From Lingula anatina (taxonomy: Eukaryota; Animalia; Brachiopoda), in NCBI GenBank assembly GCA_051362555.1, contig CM120643.1:19596848-19660847 (forward strand): a DNA stretch of 64,000 nt, in the 5' to 3' direction. How positions within the stretch are numbered: position 1 is the first letter of the stretch; every line of letters begins with the position of its first letter. The notes below the pieces were generated by a model. The model did not search any database, was not told where the DNA came from, and saw only the letters and a program-made list of their open reading frames with translations. A program made the position numbers and the translations under genes. Of the stretch, positions 39,301 to 51,300 are shown piece after piece.

Positions 39301-42300
39301 TTAATATTTAGGGATGTGATTCTTCCTTCATTGCATTTCCTACTTTTTATATGTGAAGTTTTTTTTTTTTTTTTGGAAACTTGCTTTCATGAAGTTATTA
39401 GTAATGGGGAGGGGGGGGAGAGAGAGAGAGGAAGTACATCTTTCTTTAGCCTTCTGTTGCCACATCTTGTTGTCAACCTTCACTCACAGTGACAATACTG
39501 TTATTGGCTGATAAATCTTTTTGATGTTTCAGATGTTGGTCATACCGACGGCAAAGACAGTGACACCATGACAAAAATAGGTGAGTAAACAATGGCAGAT
39601 TTAGGCCATCTTCTGGGTCTTCTGGAAGACGGTCAGATTTTCAAGTTTACAATGACGGGTTTCTAAATTTTTCTGTCAGAAGACGGTTAAAAATGGAGGA
39701 TGGATCAATAAAGATAATTTGGAAGCCTGTCGAAAAATATTTCTGGATCCGCCCCTGGTAAATTAAGAGGATTACAGCACATTGCAAATTAATTACATCC
39801 TAGAAATGCGAGCAATGTCATTTAAAATGGGTCATTCCCAGCAAAAATTTATTCTCGTTTTCTTTAAATAATTTACTTAATTTTTCTTTCAGGAAAAGCT
39901 GTGATGAGTTTCCTATCCAAGTATTGGATATTGGTTTGTTCTGCTATGATGTTAGCTATGGGTATAATAGACAAACCTGTGCTGTACAGATGTGTCTACA
40001 TGCTGCTCTTCTTGCTCTATATCATCATATTCCAGGTATGGGTACAGTTCATTGTGTATGCAACTGAAATTGTTGAAGCACTGTTGATTTACAAGGTGCT
40101 TAAACAGCTAAAAGCCATTAGATTTTGTTCGCCTTAACATCAGTTATATACTAGATATGTCTAAGAGGACTTAGTCTAATATCTCAAGAGGCTGAAAGAC
40201 GCTAGTCCAAGTTTGCTATGGCTTAATGTAAAGACAGTTGCACATATCTGTTAAAATTAGTTTTTGGGGCAACACGAAAGCACCCATTTGAATTATTTTT
40301 TGCCAAGAACAATGCCTAAAACTTATTGTCTCAGCAAAGAACATTTTCTTCATTCGCATTTCTTTATCCGTTGAGATATATTTAATTGGAGACAAACATT
40401 TCATGCAGTTTGTGATTGAACTCTATTCCAGCTGTCGTACAAAGTCTGGAGGTTCGTCCTGTATGTGTTCTGGTGGGTGGTTATCATCTACTCAATGCTA
40501 GTCCTCATCCTGATCTACACCTACCAGTTCAACGCCTTCCCCAGCTACTGGAGGAATGGCACAGGACTGTCTGATGACATGTAAGTACAGTACAGGGCTA
40601 TCTGATTATATGTAAGTGCGGGACAGGACTGTCTGATGACATGTAAGTATGGGACAGGACTGTCTGATGACATGTAAGTATGGGACAGGACTGTCTGATG
40701 ACATGTAAGTACAGTACAGGACTGTCTGATGACATGTTAGTGTGGGACAGAACTGTATGATGATATGTAAGTGTGGGACAGAACTGTATGATGATATGTA
40801 AGTGTGGGACAGGACTGTCTGATGACATGTAAGTATGGGACAGAACTGTCTAATGACATGTGAGTATGGGACAGAACTGTATGATGACATGTAAGTATGG
40901 GACAGAACTGTATGATGATATGTTAGTATGGGACAGACCTGTCTGATGACATGTGAGTATGGGACAGACCTGTCTGATGACATGTAAGTATGGGACAGAA
41001 CTGTCTGATGACATGTAAGTATGGGACAGAACTGTATGATGATATGTAAGTGTGGGACAGAACTGTCTGATGACATGTAAGTATGGGACAGAACTGTCTG
41101 ATGACGTGAGTATGGGACAGGACTTTCTGATGATAAGGGAGTAACAGGACTTTCTGATGATGTGTAAGTGTGGGACATGATTGTCTGATGACATGTAAGT
41201 ATGGTATGAGACTGTCTGACAACTTGAGTAGGGGACTGGACCATCTGATGATGTACGGGACAGGATTGTCTGATGACATGTAAATACAGGATGGGACTGT
41301 CATCTTACTATGGGACAGGACTATCTGATGACAATAATAGAATGGGACAATATTGGTTCTGATTATCAATCAGTATTCCCACTGATAGTGGTGCATCAAG
41401 TACATTTCTTCCACCACTCAGATGCGGCTATTACCTTATACTCTACCTTAATGTTTTTCGTCCATTATTTCCAGACTGGCAGACATAGGACTTGAGCGGT
41501 ACGATGTGGCAGGGTTAGTGCTCAAGATGCTCACCCCCACTGTATTCCTGATCATGGTGATACTACAAGTACACTACTTCCACAAACCCTTCATGCTGAT
41601 GAGTGATGTCAAGAGATACTTGTGAGTAATTTGGATATCGTCTCAGAGATATCTTATTGTTAAAATGAGGTACTTGTATTTATTTAGGTTTATGTAGTAA
41701 TGTTGTAATAGAGACTATATTAGTGATATCTAGAGATGTTCGTGAGTTGTCGGAAGAATGCTATGTTGTGAAGTTATTGATTTGTGAGTGTAAAAGATGG
41801 CCGTATACTCGTTATGTTGTAAAGTTGTATTAGAGTGACACCTGGTGTCTATAAGAGCAGGCGGTACACTGGTGTCTGTGGGCATGTGATGTCAGGGTAG
41901 AAATGTTGTTAATTGTTAAGGTTTGAATGTTTATATCTATGGTTTGTATGTGTCATGAAGAGTGATGTGTTAAGACATAAAAAGAGACTTGAAATAATAA
42001 AAGAGAAGACTTATGTGTGTGATAGTGTGACATTTGGATTGGCAGTTGATTGACGGCCAGAAAATATCAATCATACCATGATGGTACTTACTCAGGCCTA
42101 CCCAACTACCAGACTTGGCACATACGGATCCTGAATTAACCGGTATATCAGACCACACTACCCATTTTCAAGGTGTGTTAGATCGCAGTTCTGTGTCAGT
42201 ATGATACTCCGAAATGCGATCTGATACACACATAGTGTGGTCCGATATACCGGTTAATTCAGGATCTTTATGTGCCGAGTCTGGTAGTTGGGTAGGCCTG

Positions 42301-45300
42301 TTACTGGAATTTAAGCGTAATGTGCAAGTAATGACAGCCAGCCAAGCATTGCACAATTCAGCTTTGAACTGTGTGGCTTTGTTTTAGTTTATTTATTTTG
42401 CTTATGCTTATGTTTCTACAAATTAGGATTCAAACAGTATTCTCCTTTTTTATGTTTGATGTGATAGATTGTGTGTGATGAAGGCAAGTTGAAGGGAGGA
42501 GGGAGAGGGTAGGGGGGAGGAGGGAGGGTAATGGAATGCTTTTTTCATCAGACATTACTTTTAAATTTGTAAATCAAATAAAATTCCAGTGCAGTTTGAA
42601 GACAAACATTCAAAATTTACTAGTATATTATCATTTGTAGTAAGTAGACTCCTGCATGCAAATTATATCAAAATAATTTTAGTTTTCAAAGTGTGTCGTC
42701 TGCTTTGTTCTGTCAATTAACTTAGCATTGTTTTCTACAGGTTGCCAGGGCAGGAGTTTGAGTTACAGCTGTGGTTGGTTGATCCTTCTTTTTACTAATT
42801 TCGTGATCTTGATCTTTGGGTTTTGGTTTTATGTTAGAATGGAAATCTAGGAATGATGTTGGCAATGATTGAGAGAATGGTCCCAAAACCTTCCTTATTT
42901 GTTGCTACATTGTATCTGCTTACTATTTTGTCTATCATGACTTTGTTAACACCAATGTTAAACTTAGAATTGCGCATTTTTGCAATATTTGTTTGAAATT
43001 TTTAACCAGTCAGAGCAACCTGCTACTTATTTAAGTTTTAAACTCACTTGGTATTGAAGGAAAAGAAAAAGGTTATGCTTCTGGCTTGTAAAATGTTTGT
43101 GTTGCATTCAAATGTTTGGCTTAGCCTACTTCCTTTCAAGGGTTCTGGGTTTGATACTGCTTGGTTGCCTGATTTTGGTTGCATTGTTCTGGCTGCCATG
43201 CCCTCATGATGCAGACATGCTGAAACTGTAGGCCCTACTGGTCAGGTACCAGTAGAATTAGGTTCAGTCAATAAAGGCAGGGCGGATTGAGGCTGTCTTC
43301 TGGATCTTCTGGTCAGATTTTCAAGTTAACATTGACTGGTATTTAATTTTTTCTGTCGGAAGACGGTCAAAATAGAGAATGGAACAACAAAAATTGGAAG
43401 ACTATAAGAAAATATCTCTGGATCTGCCCCTAAAAGGGACTAGCAAAAAAAAAATTAAAAAATTAAAAGCAAGTGGATTATAATTTTTGAAAAATTTTAG
43501 AGCCACCATTTTGAATTTACAGTCAGTTTGGCAAAAAGTCATTTAGTGGGACAAATGATTCATAACTGTCAGTGAGAAGGTCCAGCTTTAAAAAAAATTC
43601 AGCATGTCTGTAATGGGAAATGAATGATAGGGTGATAGAATGATGAATGCTCAGTTTTTTTATCCCTGGGATAATCCTTTCTAACGAAGACAGTTCATTT
43701 TTAAAATAATACATTGATGACTTCATGATTTAATTTCACAGCTAATTTTAAAGTACTTTAATTAAAGCAATGTTCTTCTACTAACACTACCTGTCATGGC
43801 CAGTGTCTTGTCTTTACTGTTCTATATCTTTGATCCTCAGTAGGATCGATTTTCAAAATTCTTGAATCACATATTTTTGTGGGATTTCACTTGAATGATA
43901 ATTTTTAAAAAAATCCCATAATAAGTGACTATAAATTAGTGGTTTATACTTTGTTTTTGCTATGAAAATTCTGCTGGGGAAAGTGAGATCTTTGTGAAGA
44001 ATGCAGTCATATGAAGGTGACTTTTAAGTGCATAAGGCTCTGAAGAAGATAATGCAATCAACACTGAAATGATTGGATGTATTTTCTTTATAGCAGCTTT
44101 TTTATGTCATGGATCTATTTTTTAAATGTCTACATTGCAATTCACTTAGAGGTTTTTTACTTTGTGTTTATATCAACACACGTGAAATGGTACCAATAAC
44201 TATATGCCAATGCTCCCAGTCATGTCACCTTTTTCCAGAAATAACCTGATATCATGAAGGGATCAGGGACTAGGTTCTCCAGAAAAAAATTAAGAGTCCG
44301 TATAATCTTAACTAAATAACTGATATTTAGTCGACTAAGTTGCATTTCACAAGGAAACTAAAAAGCTCACTTGCTTCTTTTTTATCTTTTACATAAGCCC
44401 TTTGACCAAATTAGGATTATATTATCAAGTTTTTTTTCTCACTTTTGACAGTACCCCATTTAGGTATGCCAGATACATGTATTGGGGACCAATCACTCTT
44501 TAATAAAAAGCTCTTAGACTAATTTCACAAAGTTTAACTTTATTTAGTTGGCTGTCTGATTTTAGCAGCCTAAGCAAAGCCCAAGAACATTTTTTTGTTA
44601 AATAGCCTTTCATAAAGGCATAGTAAGTTAACATTGTTATGGTCTTGTTTGCCAAATTTTTGTATAAATTGGACGGTCCCTGTGGCAAGAGACCTGTTAC
44701 AAAAAACTACTGTGAGACTGTCCAATTTAAAACTGTTATAACAGTTACCCTGGAAATTTTCTGGTAACTTAGGCTATTTCAATACTCCTAGTTTGATTAT
44801 GAACATTCCTGTGATTCTACCTCTATTAAACCCACCGTTAACCACCACTCTCCCCTACTTCTCAGTGACTTACCTGCCAAACCTAAGAAGATAAAGTGAG
44901 TACACTTTAAATAATTATTATATATCTAGATACAACTGATGTGACCAGCACTGCATCATCTTGATTTGACATTTCCATATGTCACTATGACATTTTGTTC
45001 TTTGACATGTCTTTCATTTGTCACTGAGTGGATTTTTGATTAAAATTATTTTATCCCTCTTTTTTTATTCGTGAATTGTGGTACGGAGTTCCAGCCGAGT
45101 CCCAGATAATGAAATTGGTTATTGATTTAATTTTGTGCTGTTGTCTTTTGGAACCAGACTGGTTGAAGTCAGGCTCCGGTTTCACAAAAAAACTTAAGTC
45201 AGGTTCCCTGGCTAAGAACTTAATTACCAAGGTTACATGGTCACATGGGCACATCTTACCCTATCAGGAGCAGTGCAACAGCACTCTCATGAAAATCATA

Positions 45301-48300
45301 GTCAACTAAGCCAGGGAACTGTTTTGTGAAACTGGGGCCTGATATTACATTCAGTTTTTTCCATAGAAATTTGGTTTTAGTTTGAACTTCAGGAAGTGGA
45401 CACTTTGATTACACCCTCCCCCTTGACCACTTACATGTACATGCCCTCTGAATCTGTAAACCATGAGTTTAAACAGTCTATATAGAGAACATTGAGAACC
45501 ATCTCAGAGAATTTCAATGGGTGAAGGATAACATCAAAGTATCTTCCTGAAGTTACCTTTTTTTAAAGCATTCTGTTTCTAAATGTGCCCCAATTGTTTG
45601 TGCTAAATCTGTGTGATATTTTTTTCCACAATGCGTGAGATTTGATTGACATGTTTTTTATCATATTTAAAGTGTATGCAAAGCTGTGTGCAATTTTTCT
45701 ATTTTATTACTCTAAGTAATGAGTAGAAATTAAGGGGAACATCACTATCTGGAGCCTAAAATGAATAAAACGATAATTTCAAGTCATGTTCTGCACATTT
45801 TGGTCACTTTAAGGGTGAGTGAGGCATGTACTACACATGTCAGTGGGCTGCCATTTACTCTTGCGCCAGCGATGTTATTGTTCACCAGATAATGACTCCA
45901 AATAACTCAAAATTATCACTTTATTTATTTTAGGCCACAAAAAGTGATATTCCCTTTTCACATATTATATTATATCATATTATATTATGAATTGCGAATG
46001 TTATTATATTTATTTCTAAAGCAACCTGTAGTTCTTCAGTATGCTCTGGCATGGTTGGTTGCCAGGTGTGTCTCTTTGTATTCATTATGGATCATTTTTG
46101 ATTTCTTGAAAGCAATTTTATTGTGGTGTTATATAGCTTTTACATTGTCTCGTGAATAAAGATGGTACAAAAGTAAGTTGTTCCTAAAGGCACAAAATTT
46201 GTTTTTACCTACAGCAAGTCATGTTTTGTTTCTACGGGGACAATTCACTTTACCTATAAGTTATTGCTTTTTCATAATATTAATTCAAATGACACTTTTT
46301 GCTGCTGATGAACAGTGCATCTGACTGAGAAAACTTTTGTTATGTAAAATTGTTTTCTTAAACATTTTATGTATTAATAAATAGTTATAGCTTGAACTTA
46401 TATTACCTCTCTATAATGACTATATCACAGACTGAAGTTTGTGTGCTGTTAGAATTGATTATTGCATTACTTACCACTTAACATAATTGATATCTCACTA
46501 AATTAATGAACTTTTTTATTACATGTGTTGATAATTAATAGCATTTTGTTTAGTTTCTGTAAGGCAGTTCTAAGAAGAAAATGATATTCATAGTATGCTA
46601 AAACTGTCATAGTATAATAATGCCACAGATTTCTCATATTGACTAACTGGGTATATGTTCAATGCATGTTGAGTTCTAATTTAGCAGCACTGGTCACTTA
46701 TACATATTTGCACATGTAGAAATGTGCACATTTTGGAATGATACATATGATATTGGGTTAAACATATTAAGTGTATCACTATTCCATGTGGTTGTGAAAA
46801 GAATAACTCAATTTTTGTGTTTTTTTTCCTTTCTATACCAAAATAGACCTCATAATTTCTTTCCATTGTTATACGATTGTTGGTATTAAGGTAATGTTTT
46901 TTTTTCTATGGTATGTGCTGGATGCTTTACACTTATATTTTTCTTCTTAAGATTGTTGATTATTTTAATAATTTTTGGTATTATAAAATAAAAAACTTGA
47001 AGTTTCATATTCCCTTTATTGTTGAACAATATATACAATGTTTCATGGTATATAAAGCAGCTGATCTTCCTAAATTGTATTGATGCAATCTTTTTTCTCC
47101 CTGTGTTCAATATGTGCTTGAGGCATGTCCTTTCTTTATATCAGGTGGATAAAAAAGGATTACTAATTTCAAATTCAAATTACTTCAACAGTTGTGGAAT
47201 TTTCACAATGGGATTATAAGGAAAATTATGTTTTTAATAAATGCTGAAAATTTCACCACCTTTTCTCATTTTGGCATACTGAAAAAATTAATGTATTAAA
47301 TAAAAAAATCCCTTTTTGGCCCTTGTGATTTTTGACATCTCCCTCATGTATCTGAAATCTGCAAAGTTTCATTTCAAAAACTTGTTAACTGTTGAAGTTA
47401 TTGAACTTTGAAATTAGTAATATGTTTTTTTCTGGCAATAACGTATGCAATAAGTGTACAGATTAAGTTTCTACTTGACAGTGAATGTTGGACAAATTGA
47501 ATCATGTTCAAGTTTCAAAAGATGTCTGAAATATTACAGTAGTCACTCTCAAGCTTTGTGTAAACTATGCTTCAGTAAAACAAAATTTTTACATGGAGTC
47601 AGTCTTAACAGAAGACTGACATGATAGTTAAGTCAATAATTGTAATTCAGAATGCTGTATGTTGAATAGCATATTAGATCCAAGGAGTTGATAATTTATG
47701 TAGTTTTACAAATATTTCTGACCAAACGACAATTGTTGTTGCAGGAAGCCAGCGCCCCCTGGTGAGGCCACAGACGGGGAGCAGACGGAGGGCGAGGGGG
47801 AAGATGAGGGTGCTGAAAAGAAGAAAAAGAAAAGAGGTATTTGGGATAAGTAATGTGCAAATAACAGAAGAGCAGGACAGAAACTTTGTACAAAATCAAT
47901 GAACAAAGTTGAAAAGTGATAATGATTTTTAAAATAATATCTCTTCAGTGAAGTACTTTTATTTTTCATGTCTCTTTTTTCATGTCAGGACTCCTGAGTT
48001 CCATGAAGCACTATTCGGACACTTTGTGGGAGAAAGGAAGTGAGTGGTACATAGTGCTGTACAGGCTGCTATGGCGGGTGCTAGAAATACACATATTTAA
48101 AGTGGTTGCCTTTACTATTACTATGGTGGCTGTATTACATGTAAGTAGTGTGACAGTAAAGGTTATTACTCATAAAGTTTACATACCACTGATTTATTTT
48201 GAAAATATATATAATAATTCTGTAATTTCTTTGGACATAAACATTCTGTTCAGAATTTTCTTGTTTAAATAAAATTCATTTTGACAGTGGAGTCTTGGAT

Positions 48301-51300
48301 TAAAATAAGGTGCTATGCCCCATGTCTCAGTCTTTCATCTTCATATCTACATACACGCATTGCATGTGCTTGCATACACATGCATGCGTGGTGGTGCGCA
48401 TATACACACACAACCATGGACAACCACACATGGCCGAAGTCATATTACATTCCAGGTCTCAGCTTTGTCCTTCATCTTTATCTTCTTCCTGATGATATTC
48501 ATGCCCATTGGCCGTCTCCGCGTGGTAGCCTCACATCTTTGTCAGGTGTGGGCGGCTCTGGTCATCCTGGCTAAAATGGCGTTCCAACTGCGTATAGCTC
48601 CAACAGATTACGTTTATACTAACTGCACGGTAAGTACAGCTACTGTCTGTGTCTTGTCTGTGATGCCAAACTGATTTTTGACATGAGTGTCACTATGAAT
48701 CATGGCCCTTAATTTATCTTATTTTTTTAATTGGTAAACAAGCAGCTTAGTTTATATGGATTTGGAAAGCAAAATGCCATTGCATTCATATTCTACATAT
48801 AGTCTATCTTAACCAAAAAATACACATTATTTATTTATTAATTTATTTTATATTGTTTTCAGAATATGTCCAGTCAGCATGACAATGGCAGTATCTTCAC
48901 CAATGAGACAGTGAACAATGCTGTGTGGGTGGGGTTGGAGAAGGTACCCGATGTGGCCTATTATGTCAAGGTAGGTGGTGCATAGACACAGAAATGAGAA
49001 GTGTTTGCTAAAATAGGAAACAGCCTGTTAATTATACTCTCAACCACCAGTAACCCTGGGTTTCTCCTCAATATTCCCAGTTCATTAATTGAAAATTTGA
49101 CAGGTATTTTTACTCCATCCCAAACCTATATGACCAAAATTAAAACTCTCTTTCATTTCAGGACTACATTGCCATAGTCCTCATCCTGGCATTTGAAGCC
49201 GTGATCAAGGTCCACCAGCGCCAGTTTTACCTGAACCCCGTGGAAGAGAAACCCAAACCTGGCATCGTGTTCCCCGCCGTCAAGCGGCCGCATGCTGACA
49301 CTGGCATAGAGGGCTGCCTGAAGTTCTTTGCCAATTATTTCTTCTATAAGTTTGGATTGGAGGTAGGGTTTGTCTTTTTGTTGGAGTTGTTTCAAGCAGT
49401 GATGGTATTGCCAGAGGCTTATATTTGAAATGTACATTTCATCCTAAGCGATTCTTAGGTTTAGTGAATTTTTATTGTGGATTTTTCGGTACCTTAACAG
49501 ATAAGCATTAATGCTTCTTTACCACAGGTTAACCCATGGTTTTAAGTGTTCACTTCCTAGACGGATTTTGATTTACTTTGTTCATAAAGCAGAATTTTGT
49601 TCGAATTTCTGATATAGACAAGCACCAAAGCTCGGATTTCATGTGTATCATTATCTGTTCTTTGGTGTTTTCATGACTTTTAAAATAGATACATAAGATC
49701 ATATTTAAAGCACTGCCAATTTGACATTTTCATTTTACTTACCCAGTCTCTAAATGTGTTCTAGATGTGTTTCATCATGACAGTGATCACGATATGCGTG
49801 CGCGTGGATGCATATTCCGTGCTGTACGCTATATTCCTGGGTGTTCTGCTGTTACTGGGAAGAAAAGGCTGTTCTATCATTTGGCCTGGCTATGTGATCA
49901 CGCTGGCCATACTGCTGCCTTTACAGTACCTGTCATGTCTGGGATTTCCTCCAGGATTATGCTGGGGTAAGGCTTTTAACACACTGTGTGTGTGCTTGTG
50001 GTTTATGTGAACGCAAGTGAAGGTGTGTGTGTGTGTGTGCGTGTGCATGTAAGAGTGGATGAGCATACATGGCTTGCTTTGTGTTGGTGTGGCTTGCTGT
50101 GTGTTTGTATGTTCACATTTGTTTGTGTGTGTGTATTTATATATATGTGTATGTGTAAGAGTGTATGAGTGTGCATGTGGTCCCCTATGTTTGTGTGTAT
50201 GTGCGCATGTGTTTACAGATATGTATCTGTGTGTGTGACGTATCTGTTTTCATGTAGTGTTGCATACATGCACAGTTGATGTTGGCATCTTGACAGTTCT
50301 AGTGTTGTCAGAATTTACTTTTAACACATTTAAGGTCAATTTTGCTATCCATGGGCAACATTTTCTGTATCTCCATTTTCTGATGACTAGTGTATTCATT
50401 GTATTTTTCCATGTTTCAGTCTACCCCTGGGGGGAATTTTCTGAGTTTGACAAAAATTTGGAGATGTGGCTTTATTTACCAGACTATTCAACAGAGTTTG
50501 CTCCTAACCCATACAAGTTGATAGGTAAGGTTCTGGATATGTATAGAATAGTGAAATTAAAGATGGGACAGTGTGGAATGTACTAAACTTGATATATTTC
50601 TTAAAAGTTTACCCCTGAAGTACTTAATAATTTTCTATTTGATTAACAATTCAGAGAAATAAATATTTTGGCTGTTGCATTGAAAATTTATCTTTTGCTT
50701 ACAAATAAGCATTTAGATTTGGTCTGGTTTTAGTGAAGTCATTAACAAGAGGTTTATCAATGATTTCTTAAATGTTTAGAAAAATTTTTGATGGAAACAT
50801 TAATTTATAAAGTGCTTTTTGATTACCAACCAATTTCATCTAATTATATCTGTTTGCTGTAGCCATACATGATTTTTTCTTTAAATTGAAAATCTGATTT
50901 TTTTCTTGGCATTTTTCAACCTGTCTAAAATGGTCACCCAGTCATTTCTTCCTACTTTTTTTCTTACAACCCAAAAATCATGAGAAGCAAGTATTTATTG
51001 GCTCTCTCCACATTTTATGTGGGAAGGGGGGGGATTCAACATTCTGAGTGGTCTTATAAAAAGTTTTTCTTTTGTTTCAGCGGATTTCTTCCAGTTGCTC
51101 CTGGTATGTCTGCAGTGGCAAGTGTTTTCAATGGAGCACACCTCTGGAGCAGACATCCCTGATGGCGGAGACAATTCTGTCCTCATTGAGAACCTGAAAC
51201 CTGAACAGGAAAACCCCACAGAGGATTTTATCTCACATAAGAGGTACGAAATAGACGATGATATACAGCAATTTTGTTTTGTCACTTGTTAGGTGTTTTA

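Noticed and set aside
40598-41369. Minus-strand ORFs up to 212 aa (C/H-rich, zinc-finger-looking)
   Set aside because: They are the antisense reading of the 31-bp junction minisatellite; a period not divisible by 3 cycles the same peptides through all frames.
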